This document shows positions 29,290 through 42,164 of a stretch of DNA of 64,000 nt, piece after piece. Numbering within the stretch: the stretch's first letter is position 1; every line of letters starts with the position of its first letter. Made by a program: the position numbers and the translations under genes. This stretch comes from Chlorokybus atmophyticus (taxonomy: Eukaryota; Plantae; Mesostigma and Chlorokybus algae), in NCBI GenBank assembly GCA_009103225.1, contig RHPI01001259.1, forward strand, positions 124,001 through 188,000. The letters run 5' to 3'. The notes below the pieces were generated by a model. The model saw nothing but the letters and a program-made list of their open reading frames with translations. It ran no database searches and was not told the origin of the DNA.

Positions 29290-30009
29290 GCTGAGTTTGC
29301 TGTGAAGTCAGAGGGTAAGAGGGGGAGACTGTGTCCTGTGTGCGTGGTGGTTCGTGGAGTGAGGCCAAGTGTACAGTGTGGGTGCTGTTTGCGTGTGTGC
29401 TTGAAGATAGGGTGTGCTTAGTACTATTAGTATTGATACTGGTCGCTGCTTGTGGATATTTGGCTTGATGGGAAGCTGTAACCAGTATATCTTTGCATCT
29501 TGCAAGACTGCAACTTTGTCTCACTATACTTCAGGGCGGCAAGTTGTTGCCGATGATAGAGTATGTAACTCCTTTTCGTGAACAGTGCATAATTTGTTGG
29601 TTCCGAATACACGACTTATATTGACACAAGCCCTGCTCTATACTTGAAGCCTTTCAAGTACAGCAGGCTAGTATGCCTGACAGCTTTGTGTTGCATATTG
29701 GACACTCCAAAAGTCAAGTATAGAAGTTGTTCTACGCTACTACGTGTACTTGCTACTCACTTACAGAGCAGCTGACTCTACCTGCTCATAACAGAGTGTA
29801 TTATTCGTATGGACAAGCTTACAAATATGCAGGAATGGTTACTGACATGCAGGGCCTAGCGGACTTGTCATCTTCGTCTTCATCTTCACCCTGCGCAGGA
29901 CACGAAAACGTTTTGTACATTACGCACAATAGAACCACCTAGCCTGGGCAGGCTGTCTAGTACACACCTATGACCAATCAAAAGAGTTTTACCGACCAAC
30001 ACAATAGTT

Positions 30010-32946
30010 TCACACAATGTAGAGCTGTATCCCTTTGGACATACCTATATGAGCTTCCATGTTGCGCCATTTGCATCTCAGGTCTCCAGATGTGCGCCCC
30101 TCAAACAACCCCTTCTCCTGGCCGTACTTGAGAGTGAGTGCCCACTTATCAAATTTACTGGAGAACATCTTTAGGCCGTCCTGTAACAACCGCAACAGAT
30201 GAGTCAGAACCCAATGCAAATGAGGCGGAGTGGTTTCACACGTTGCAGGGCCTACTTGTATGCACTCTACTTCTTCAATTGTGAACAGCCGTCGTTTTCT
30301 CGCAGGGCTCTTAAACTGCTTTTTGGGTGTCTTCTGCTTCCCGGGCGATTTCTTGCCTTTTGGACTACTGTAAGGAAACACTGTCGTTGTTAGTGTGACT
30401 ACATCATGAAAAGCCATGCATGGGCATGATTGGCGTGCTATGAGTAAGCAGATAAGGTTGATGATGTTGCAACTAACCTTATAGACCTGCCCCGTACATA
30501 CAATCGGTCCTTTTCATCATCTGTCTCCATCTGCAAAGGCCAAACATATGCATAGGGAAGCAACGATACTGTCTCACGAGTGTGGGTGTGCTTGCTGGGA
30601 CTGCAATTGGGGATTGGACCGGGTTGGTGTACGAATGCGCATGTGTAACGTGTGTGAAGTCACGCTCTACATGCTGTATACTACAGGTTGTGGCATACCG
30701 AGCTGGTAGGAAGTGCAAGCTTTTGAGAGCACTCGAGGCAGAACCAATCGCCCTCGGGGACAGTGTCCAATGAAGCACAGTCCAAGTGGTAGGCTGCTGG
30801 ACACGTGTCGCAGCATATCAGAGTGCCACCGGTATCGCATTCGCGGCAGACATCTTCATTGAATGACACATCTGCGGGCCCAAGCATAGTCAATGACGAA
30901 ACAGTGTGTGACTTCCATAGCGACAACGCCATGTTGACTGAATGAGTACGCACTTGAAGCACACAGGGCACATACTACCTTCGTCACGTTCAAACTCAGG
31001 TTCCTCTTCATCCTCAGTGTCCAGGTAAGAAGACGGCGGTGTCTGGTATTTCCTTTTGCTACTGCTGGGCAAGTTTGCCAGCTTGGGCGATGCGCTTCTC
31101 AAAGATTTTCTACCATGATTGTCTTCTAGGAGTGTTGCATCGGATGACGGTGCCACTGCTGGTGCTTTGAGATCTACATGGTCTGCAAGCACTGCACGTG
31201 ACTACCGTGCACAGCACCAACAGCAATACCACACCAACAACAACAAGCAGTACTGGCTCACCTACCGAGCGAGATGGCCTATGCTGATGGTCAGTCGCTG
31301 AGGGTTTGACCACGCCAGCAGGCCGTCGTGGTGATGCTGTTCCATGACTTGCAGGCCTAACGGACTCCATATCGGGTCGCCCTTTGGATGCCAAGCATCT
31401 TTGTGCAATCTGCAACAGCGAGCGCTGCTGTGAGCAACATGCAACAACGCTTGCCAACAGCATGCACAACAGCAATACTTCTTATGTAATGACGCCTGTT
31501 CTTGAAAGCTGCAAGGCATGCAATGTTATCCAATAGGCATTACCTGTTGCTCACCTGGTCCAAGACAGGCTGTTCCAAGGTCTGTTTTGCCTTGACCACA
31601 AGTTGTTTCACGTTTTCCAAGACTGGACCAAGCGGGTGCGCTGCAAGCAAACTTCTGCGCTGCTCCTGCCTTGCCTTGTTGGACTGCTGCACACAACCCA
31701 AACGTCTAATGTGCGCAAGCAAGTCTTTACTTGCAATGTCATGCGAGGAAAGCCATTGCAGGACTTGCATGGTAGTTGTGGACAGCAGAGCCTATGCCAC
31801 CTACGTGATGCTTTGGTGTGTCCACAAGCACCATCAGGCCTTTGTTCATGCGACGTTCTTCAGGCACGCTTGAGCGCTGAGGAAAAAGCAGCTCGACATC
31901 ATCAACATATGCGGGCCAGTCTACCTTGCCACCTTCTGACTCCGTCCGAAGATGGGCAAGCACCGCCTATCACAAAGCCAACTGTGAGCAGCTGCCACGC
32001 ATCAAATGTGCACCACTAAGAATGCATGCAATTGGATTGCAAGCAACATGCATGCCACTACTATTCTGAGCCCCTCCATTTTGCCCTATGCAGGCCACAT
32101 TCACCTGCAGCCTGACTTCAGGTAGCAACCTTTGTGCCCATTCAGCGAGCTGGCCTCCCAGTGTCTCAACGCATTCCAGCTGTGCCACAGCTTTTCCGTC
32201 CAGAACGCCTTCTTTGACCAGCTCCTCCAGCAGAATAAGCACAACGCGCAAAGACAGGTCCGCATCATTTTGCACGCTTTTCTCTAGCCGAGTACTGCCC
32301 ACCAATATGTCTGCTATCGCACATTTTAACATGACTGACTGAACAGACATTGGTGCCGCACAGGATAGTGTTCCAGTCTTAACAGTACAGAGTAAAGATC
32401 TAACGAGCTATAGATACAGTTTCGGCGATGCTGCCCAGCAATGATAGTCTACAGGTGTAAAGCTACGACTTGCAGTAGAACAAAAACTCATCATCACAGC
32501 CGTATGCTTGCAGCTCAAGACAATCAATACTTCAAAGCATGCTGCAAGCATACAGAATGCAGCGCTTGCGCTTTCCAGCGTACGCGCATTACGCCTGAAC
32601 AGTTGAGACAATTGTTCAGCATGGAGAAGATGGCTCCTAGCTCAACCTCAACCGAATAACAAGAGTCAAAAGTTGATGCCTATTGTGAAACGCGACAAAC
32701 AGCTTCAGTGCACCATGTCATGATGGCTTCTCCAATGAACTCTGACATTCACAAACAAAGTGCACATGACTTTCAACCTAGATGTCATCAACATGCAACA
32801 ATATAATGCTGCTAGACAGCGTATGTGAAGAGCACGCTCATCAGAGTCAATCCGTTAACTGGGTGATGTCGCACGTACCTGCAACTGGTTGATAATAACC
32901 TCCAAGCGAAAGCATCCACTGGAGAGCCCACTTCATGGGTAGCCAT
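30010..32946 (-). CDS. PHD-finger + C-terminal telobox-type Myb (TRF-like) protein
   Basis: PHD C4HC3: CRECDTGGTLICCDTCPAAYHLDCASLDTVPEGDWFCLEC. Myb: RRLFTIEEVECIQ|DGLKMFSSKFDKWALTLKYGQEKGLFEGRTSGDLRCKWRNME, similar to the telobox RTxxDLKDKWRNL. The 5' exons and start are approximate. Confidence 0.8.
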
Positions 32947-33120
32947 GATGACGACGACGGCGACGGTGACGACAGCGCCCCCCTCCCCGCCCCCGTCGCC
33001 GCCATCAGGCTTCCCGTTGCAAGCTTTCAAATAACCGAGCAAAGGCCTAAGCAAAGCCTTTTGGCAACGCCTATCGCACAAGCAAGTGCGCATGAGTCTT
33101 GTGGGCCGCACAAGCAAGTC

Positions 33121-33175
33121 AGGGTTTAGGACTTGTTGGGTTTAGGAGTTTTAGGGTTTACGAGCTAGGGTTTAA
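33121..33175. promoter_or_regulatory. Cluster of telobox/interstitial telomere-like motifs (TTAGGGTTT variants) in a bidirectional promoter
   Basis: agggtttagg...gggtttagg...ttttagggttta...tagggttta: four copies in 55 bp between the divergent starts at about 32946 and 33188. Confidence 0.7.
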
Positions 33176-33187
33176 GTAAGCGGTGGT

Positions 33188-34327
33188 ATGGATGCGGAGG
33201 CCAGCGGCGGCGGCGGTGGCGGCGGCGTGGGCCATCCGGACCTGCTGGCGAAGCCTGGGCTGACCAAGAAGCAATGCGACATTGTGGTCGACCGCGCCTT
33301 GAGAGGTAGAGCTGGTTGGCCAGTACAGCTTGTACTCGTGTGTACGCTTGTTGGTCATGATGCATGAGCTCATGCAATGCTGAGGCGACTCTAGCATTAG
33401 AGCTGTACGCGAAAGGGTTGAATGCATGCAAATGGATGAGTGGTTTTCAATCTTGTATGGTCGAGTAAGGTACAGATGGTGGCTATGTTGTGCAGATCCC
33501 TTCGTGAAGTTCATGATAGAGGGGCTGGCCAAAGCCGGCTGTAGAGTGGACAGGCGTTTCTTCAGCTGCGAGGAGAGCAATGAACAAGTCACAGGAGGCT
33601 TCAAACCTTCAGAGGGGGTACTTATAACACTGCATGTGTTGTTTATGGTGATGGCATGGACGCAAACGGTACGCACACAGTGCTGCTTACCCTATACTCG
33701 CGCTTATATATTGCTATGCGTTGCACTCTGTTTACTGCTAACATAACAAATTTTCCTTACCCAGGTGGTTGTTTTCCACAACAATGTGGCGACGCAAAGT
33801 GAGGTCAACCAGCTGTTGACGCATGAGCTTATCCACGCATTTGACCACTGCCGAGCGCGCAATGTGAACTGGCCAGATTGCTACCATCACGCCTGCACTG
33901 AGGTATGCATGAATGTCTCATCAGTGCACTTGTGTTCATGACACGGCAGTCAGATCCCATACAGGGCAAGCAAGTTATATGACAGTAGCATGCACATTGT
34001 TGTTTGCAGATACGAGCGTCAAATCTCAGTAAAGAATGCCACTGGCACAAGGAGTTTGAGAGAGGGAATTACAGGCTAAAAGGACAGCATCAGGTATTGA
34101 AAGCACGCAACGTATTATACCTTGATGAGGGTCACACGTCACTTTGCACAAGCTCATGATTGCAACTTGAATGATATATGTGGCTGTTGAAGGCGTGCGT
34201 TCGAAGAAGAGCCCAGCTGTCAACATCCATGAATCCCTACTGCACAGGAGAGCAAGCCAAAGAGGCTGTGGATGCCATGTGGACTACATGTATAGCAGAT
34301 ACTGCGCCATTTGATCGAACACCTTGA
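33188..34327 (+). CDS. ATP23: Mitochondrial inner membrane protease ATP23 (peptidase M76), 5 exons
   Basis: ...DPFVKFMIEGLAKAGC...|VVVFHNNVATQSEVNQLLTHELIHAFDHCRARNVNWPDCYHHACTE|IRASNLSKEC...GQHQ|ACVRRRAQLSTSMNPYC...DTAPFDRTP*, with the HExxH motif. Confidence 0.95.
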
Positions 34328-34578
34328 TCTGTGGCCATATTGAGCGCGCATCGTTTGAAAAGTTTTGAATTCCCCAAGTATTGTAGCGAGCACGTGGTGC
34401 ATCATATCAGGTAAATTTACAGAGATGCACATGCTGCGCAATGCCGCATTCCTGCAAGCGGATGAAAAATCCACAATCTAAATCAAGCCATACACGTATC
34501 CCCTCCGCATTATTATTATGTACATAAAATACTCGGCCTCGCATTGCAATTCATGTCAATCCTTGACCCTGATCGCAA

Positions 34579-37055
34579 TTATGCCACTTGCTGCAGCTGC
34601 TGCTCTCTCTTCTCGACTGGACTCGTCGCAGGAGTTTCAACAACTTGCTGCAGTTTGCTGCAAATAGCCGCAAGCGAGCTCGAGTTCATCTGCCCGTTAA
34701 GATCAATCTGTACATTGATAGTGGCTTTGCCCACGTCCACGCCGGACTGCTGCAGCACGTTGGTGAGGTGGTCCAGCAGGCCCTGTTGGTACGTGCTTGA
34801 GAGCTTGATGACAGACACGTCCCCACCGGCGCCACTGTCCGCATTGGACCTCGTGGCCCCGCCCCCGGGCAGCTGTGGGGTGGGCGCCTGTGTGGACGGT
34901 GTGGGCGCGATGGATGGGAACAGCGACTCCCCGCGCGGGTCTGCAGATTGGGGTGTTGGCAGACACGATGCCGGGGGAGAGTCCATAGGGGAGGCTCCGC
35001 TTATCTGCCAAATAATACGGGCTTCAATACCCAAGTTGTAACTGCAGTTGTGTATATGTATATGTATATGTTGGTGCAATGACAACACACCACTCACCTG
35101 AGTCTGAAGTGTTCTAATGTAAGTGATGACCTCTTGCAAGAAGGACGCCTTGTCTGTTTTCTCTGAGTGCGGCACAAGCAGTCGCAGCGTTGAAAACCTG
35201 CCGATAGGTTAGTCAGTCCATTGGTTATTTAAGCCGCCAACATTGCCAGCATGCAAGCAGATGTACCATAAAACACACATGTTACGTGCATGCAGCAACA
35301 TCTGCTCACCGATCATTTATTCGATTGCGGCGCCGTTGCTCAGTCAACACATGGCTCGACAGTCGCTGCTTCTCTGTACCAGGTGTTTCAGCCCCGGGCT
35401 GATAACCCCCTTCGCCGGCCTCACCATTCTGTGTCCACGTACCCTGCTTGCCCTCCTCCCCACTGCTGTGATTGCCATCAACAGGGCTCTTGGGGTTCGC
35501 CCTGATCGAATATGTGCACACGTCAGTATGGAGCGAACATATACCACATACCTTTGCACAACATGTGTGGCAACGAGAGCTAGTACTCACCGCCTTCGCT
35601 TGTTGGCTTGTGCACTTGCTTGGGCAGTAGCACTGGTGTTTCTGCTGGATGGCGGCACGGGGCTAGGCAACCCGCTGGTTTGAAGCGGGGGTGGCATGTG
35701 CCAGTTGGGCCGCTCAATGCCTGCTACATATGAAGATTGGTTTGTGCCTTTCATTTTGCTGTCAATGCACCAATGTGCACACTTGCCAACCATGACATCA
35801 CAACATTGCGCATGAAAATGGTTGTTTGCCTTTGTCAATGCATCAGTGTCCACAGATACCAACCATGACATCGAGACATTGTGCGTGCGCATAAGCACTG
35901 ATTGCACAACAGTATTATGGACTGGCATGTACATGCAGACCACTGACGAAGTGCTACAGCTTGATCAAGAAAGCTTCGCTTGCAAACAAAGTGCTCAAAG
36001 CTGGGTTCGCCAGGCCTACCCATTCGAGACTTGGCATCAGCAGCAACAGGAGGGCCGCCTGCCTGCACGAGCGGCTGGCCAATAGCAGGCGAGTTGAGCA
36101 AAGGTTGACCGATCACTGGTTGACCAAGCTCCAAGTACCCCTTGTCTGCAATGGCATCTACATGTCAAGTGCCACACCAAGTCAGCATGCTGGTTGGCAC
36201 AACCATTAAGCATTCAAGCCTTGCTAGCGAGTTTCACTCTGGTTTTGCATACCAGCACTGGGAAAGCCGAGATGAGGGCGCCCCACCCCTGTGAGAAAGT
36301 CCTGTGTTCCACGCTTGCCTGTCACGGCAGCGGCTGCAGCAGCTGCGGCTGCTGCTGAAACAAAAGTACGCATGGCCTCATCAGCGAATGCTGCAAAAAA
36401 AATTGATTGGTACAACGCACTTAGCATGAAGAACGCACTCACCAGCAGCTTGAGCTGTTGGTGAAGGCGCTGGAGCTGCAAACATCGGTGACCTCGGCGC
36501 ACCAATGGAGGAAGCAAAAAATGATAACCCCGAAGTCTGCAGCAGCATAGCAGATACTTCATTCAGCTGCGCATTCAGTTAATACTGCTTGTGCTCATTT
36601 GTCTCATGTATTGGTACATTATGCACAGTGTATGCTCAAGCTTTAGGTGACTCACAACACAGCAATATGGTAGAAGTAGCAGTGTTGTATAATTCCGGTA
36701 GAGTGTGAACTACAAAACTACTACTCCCCTGCTTAGCTGCTCTCCAACAATGTACCTGAGCGGGGTCAGAAGCAGCAGGGCGGGGAGAGCAAGCAGCAGC
36801 CGCTGCCGCAGCAAAGGGCGCAACAGTGCCTATGGGGGCGCCTACGGCTGTGCCTGCTCGGACGGCGGCGGCAGCTGCGGCGACGGCGGCGATGGCCGCA
36901 GCTGCGGGAGTGCCGGGCGCAACTGCCGGCGCAGAAGCCAGCGCAGGAAGTGCAGGGGCGGATGGGGGTGGGGGCGGCGGCGGGGGCGGCGGCGCCATAG
37001 CAATGGGCCGCGGCTCCCGCTGCTGCTGCATGCGAGGAGGCGGCGCCTGCAGCAT
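34579..37055 (-). CDS. BIM: BIM-like bHLH transcription factor
   Basis: bHLH SSHVLTEQRRRNRINDR|FSTLRLLVPHSEKTDKASFLQEVITYIRTLQ, plus the BIM C-terminal block VIKLSSTYQQGLLDHLTNVLQQSGVDVGKATINVQIDL. The Pro/Ala-rich 5' exons and start are less certain. Confidence 0.85.
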
Positions 37056-38841
37056 GGCAAAGCCCTTCTCTCAGTCCCCTGACCAGGCGTGCAGGGGAAG
37101 AGCCACCTCCTCGTTCACTCCTCAGCCAGCACAGATGCTCGCTTCAATAGTTACTCCGCCGTCCACAACATCCACAGCAACCCTCAAACCCTTCCCAGAC
37201 CCCAGCAGAGCCCAGCTAGCCAGCTGCAAAGCCCCCGACTCCGCCACCAACCAGCAGCTATCACCAGGCCGGAGAAGCTCACAGCGCCACCCACCAGCGC
37301 TGAGGCACGCAGGTAGACAAACCACACGACACAAACTCCTCGGTCGGCCCACCTTCTCGCCCACCGCGCCCACCTCGCCTCTCCCGCCGCCACCAAGCCC
37401 AAAGCCCTAAACGTCGGTCATCCCTGCTGATAAATCACGTGCAGCAGCAGCAGGCCAGCAGCTACAAGCCAAAGCCCCCAGCATCACAAAGTTTCCAAGA
37501 CTTTCCGTCACCTTGGCTTCCTACTAACTTTGATAGGGCACATGCTAAGCAAAACCGCCACTTTGCAGTTAACCGGTGCTGATATCGTTACCACGTCTAG
37601 CATATGGATTTGATTTCTAAACTTCTCAATCGCTGAAGTGACTGTGATCTGAAGTCTAAACCCTATCGCCGCGCCAGTGCAACGCGCCGCTACTGTGATT
37701 TTCGTGTGTCGCGTGAGGGCGCGTGGCTAACCGACATGCTAGTCAATGCATGATAGGGTCAGGCCGTCCAAGTCAGCGGGGGGCATTGCAGTAGGTCTAG
37801 CTTAACCGGCTGACAAACGGCCTAGCTTGACCGGTTTGTTAGGGGTCCAGAGTTCCCCTCACGTGGCAGGCGCGGGAAGGGGATTTTGTTTGCATCTGAT
37901 GAAAGTCAAAACTTCACATGTTGGGACCGTCGTTGCGGCGGTCTCTCCCCGTAACGACTTTGCGATGAGATGTTGGATTTTTTGACGGCCACCCCAACCG
38001 TACCAACGCGTTTGCTGGACCGGTTTGTGCGAACACCATTTGATACTTGGTATGTACCAGTCACACTATGACCGGTGCTACACTGTCAGTATGTAGTTGC
38101 TACTACCGGCAGCGATGATATATGGCCGTTGCATGCACACAAACTCGGTGATTGGCAAAAGTATGTCCGGTAGCAGGCGGTATAGGTACAAGCGCCATTC
38201 ACCAGGAACGGCACGTGCATGTACGGACATCGACAACAGGTCATGAACAACTACGCCGCGCGGCATATAACGACAGGGGAAGCTACGTAGCATGCTATGT
38301 CATGAAGGGGTTTTGCTCGCGTGGCCCATCACGTGAGGGATAGACTTGCGGGCAGCGGCTGGCCCAGCAATGTCAACCGTCGTCGTCAGCATGTGTGGAC
38401 GAATGGCGCGACCTGCGTGGTACCCCTCAATCCACGTGACATGCTTGCCCAGTAATGCACATGAACAGGCACGCGTTTATTACCTCATAAGCCTAGGCTC
38501 AAAGCGCTGTTTGCTGTGGTGGCGATTGTTGGTGACGCCAAGTTGTCAACAGTGTTGCCAACTTGGCGTGCATGTTTGCATGATGGTTGTCAACACTGTT
38601 GACAACCACGGTAGTGGCACTACTTACGGTTAACTCAACACAGTGCCCACATGATATCACACAAGCAGCTTTCGTGCTGATCATGGTGTATCAGTTGCAT
38701 AGCCATGTGCCATATTTACTCTAATAAAAGCTCCCTTACGTAAAACCGCGTTGACCAAAAAAGGGTGGGGGTTGTAGAATGTGTTAATCAACGGCATTTT
38801 TTACCCACAAGTGAACCTCCCTCAGCAAAAAGCGGGGGGGG

Positions 38842-39276
38842 NNNNNNNNNNNNNNNNNNNNNNNNNNNNNNNNNNNNNNNNNNNNNNNNNNNNNNNNNNN
38901 NNNNNNNNNNNNNNNNNNNNNNNNNNNNNNNNNNNNNNNNNNNNNNNNNNNNNNNNNNNNNNNNNNNNNNNNNNNNNNNNNNNNNNNNNNNNNNNNNNNN
39001 NNNNNNNNNNNNNNNNNNNNNNNNNNNNNNNNNNNNNNNNNNNNNNNNNNNNNNNNNNNNNNNNNNNNNNNNNNNNNNNNNNNNNNNNNNNNNNNNNNNN
39101 NNNNNNNNNNNNNNNNNNNNNNNNNNNNNNNNNNNNNNNNNNNNNNNNNNNNNNNNNNNNNNNNNNNNNNNNNNNNNNNNNNNNNNNNNNNNNNNNNNNN
39201 NNNNNNNNNNNNNNNNNNNNNNNNNNNNNNNNNNNNNNNNNNNNNNNNNNNNNNNNNNNNNNNNNNNNNNNNNNNN
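38842..39276. other. Assembly gap flanked by poly-G
   Basis: N run with G homopolymers on both sides. Confidence 1.
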
Positions 39277-41511
39277 GGGGGGAGGGGGGGGTCGTAAATA
39301 AAGGAGAGGCTCGATTAGAGTAAAGTAGCTTATATTGATGATTCATTGTGGTACTATCGCTTACATTCATCGTGTGTTTAAAAAAAATGGTTCACATTTA
39401 TGACTCAGTTGTGTTGTTGTATCATATGTAGAAATCGAATGTTAAATACAGTGTCCACAATGTCACATCAGCACTCATTTTGATGTAGATGTATAAGTAT
39501 GTTAAATCTATGACAGATAAATGTTAATTGATTCAGATCATTGTCCACAGTCATTACCACGCCCAAAGGGGTGGCGAAATTCACTCGCAGTTCCTTACTT
39601 ATATATGTGTTAAGTAAGAGGGACCAAGTGAGGATTTCGCATGCCATGGTGTGTAACACTTGGCATGTGTGCGTATGCGGTCAGTCCTTGTCCACTTAGA
39701 ACCTAGGGCTATGTAGCTGCACAAGGCACGGTATAACAGCACGCACAGGGCTGTTCGGTGCCATATGCTCTGCATAGCTTGTGGAGTGCCAGTGCAGTGA
39801 CACTGGGGTAGCATATGTGCTTCAAGTGGCAAATCGCGGATCAGTCATGTGATTTGCCAGTTGGTTGTGTTTGGACAAGCGCATGACAGATTTTGGCATT
39901 TTGCAAATATCTGTGTTTGGGATCTCGAGGTTATATAATCCTGAGGTTGATGTCCTATGTGGACACAGTCAGCATGTGCTGGTCAGCACACAATGACTTG
40001 GCGTTGGGCCTTGAAAATACTATGTGCCAGGTCGGGAGAGCGGCAAGTGCTATACTGTGAGCACATAGTATGTGCTCATTTGCAACCTTGCGTGGGGATC
40101 GGAGTATGTTCAACACTCAAGGGCCACTTGTGTGTGAAGTGCCTGGTTGTAGCTGTTGAAGGGGCTCTCCCTCCCTCATCCCTGGTGGTGTGTGTGTGTG
40201 TGGCATTGGTTGGTGACTGCACTTGTGTGTGTGCGGGAGCTGTCGGAAGGCTGGCGGTCATCCTCTCCTACCCAGCTCTTGTGCTGTGTCTTCCCTCCAC
40301 GAGGTGCAGCACCAGGGTGTGTGGTGCATAAGTCCTGTGTGCTTGTGCGCAAGTTGGTGAGACTCACTAGCAGGTAAGAAAATGGTATCATTACAGTCGT
40401 CATGATGAAGATGGAAAACAGCTTATACTTACTTACAGAATGTGCTTCTGATCATCAATTGAAAGCACACATTACAAATAGTGTGTATGTTGCGAGCTGA
40501 ATGCACATCGTCTTTTAAAAGATTTTGGTGCTATATTTAAATGTAAACACAAAAGTTATGTGAATGGACATCTTGTCAAATAGCGTTAAAAAAATATCCT
40601 CAGTGTAAGCGTGCAGCTAATGTTTGCCATCAATTGACATCACATGCTACAACAATCACAATAGTCCACATATTTCCTCACGCTTCAAGGACTCTTCACA
40701 TCGGTTTTGTCAAGGCGGCTTTGTCAAGGAGTTATCACAAGTAAATACGGCTTTAATAACATCTATGCAATGCATGGGGCTAACCCAATCCGTGTGTAAT
40801 TAACAATTGCATCATTGCTTAGCGCCAATGCCAGTTTTCGAGCTCCTCTTCATTGCAATTGCTGTGATTACCATTGTTATGAAATACTTAACAGCTTTCA
40901 ATTACAATATCTTATTTGCAATTATACGTGCGTTGGCAGACGATCTATTTAGATATAGCAATTAAATAACAATGGAACATTGTAAAACATTGATCATGAT
41001 TTATCATCCTCAAGATCATGTACCACAGGCATGCCTTTGCTGATATGCTGAACATGTGCTTATACGCTTGCACACGCTTTGCATGTTCCCAAGTTGCAAT
41101 GCATTCGCCATACGTACACACCACCTATTGCATTCACAAACGCACTGTCATGTTGAAGCGCAGACGCTCGAGAATGTTTGGAACCATAAACTACTTTTGT
41201 ATTAGCTTGTGTCATGCGTTGCTTAAAGTATCATAATTATTGTTTTATTAATAACAGTGTCTTTTACAATTTCGACGCATGTAATTGTATGTGCGTAACA
41301 ACCAATGTGATATCAATATTTATAATGTTGTTTGTCCATGCATTATTGTACGCTTGCTATTATTCCTTGTTGACACCATGTTTAGGTCTTGTTTTTTGAG
41401 CAAGCACTTTAAGATGTGTTTGTTTACTTACGACACGCGTATTCGCCACAATATTTACTGCTCTTGTGAGATGTAAAAATGCGAAACGTGCTACAGTTAC
41501 TGCTTGTACAC

Positions 41512-41560
41512 ATTCGCAATACCGATGCCGCATTGCTATTGCGGCATCAGTATTGCGAAT
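41512..41560. repeat. Hairpin, 21-bp stem (1 mismatch), 7-nt loop
   Basis: attcgcaataccgatgccgca-ttgctat-tgcggcatcagtattgcgaat. Confidence 0.95.
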
Positions 41561-42164
41561 CGCCACACACATTACGATGTAAAAGTTGCTACAATGTCTT
41601 GAGTTGTTGATTAAGCAGCTGGCTATTTATGTTGAACGCGTCCGCGACATCAAAATTAAATGCAATGCAAGCCAATCATTAGTGCAACCAAAGTTTAACA
41701 CAACAAGATGATCACTACCTCGCATAAAGTCATATCAGTTGAATGACACCACGATCATATCATGCAATGGGGTTGTTGTTACACACAAACTTCATACTGT
41801 ACTACTATCGCTGATGTAGACAACAATTTTGCTGTACATGACTACTTATTAATAAAATCTGTCAGGAACAAAGCACACTTAGTGCATCAGTACATTAATC
41901 AATACCCGACGGACACGCACATTCATGTGTGTGTGTGTGTGTGTGTGTGTGTAGTATAGTTGAGATTACATTGGTAGGCCTATGGTGTGTGTGTGTGTGT
42001 GCGTGTGCGCTCCCCATCGTGTATTGTCACTTGATGAAATGAGAGAAGCGTTCAAGTGAGCAAGTCTTTTCAGTCTGTTCCTTAGCGCCCTGTCGTCGGC
42101 GTCTTCGGCGTTCACGTAGGCGGGGTCGTTGTCCTCCTGGTCGGGAAGTCCCATAGCGGCAGCC

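Noticed and set aside
37895-37930. Hammerhead ribozyme core (CTGATGA + stem)
   Set aside because: No GAAA after stem II and no closing stems.
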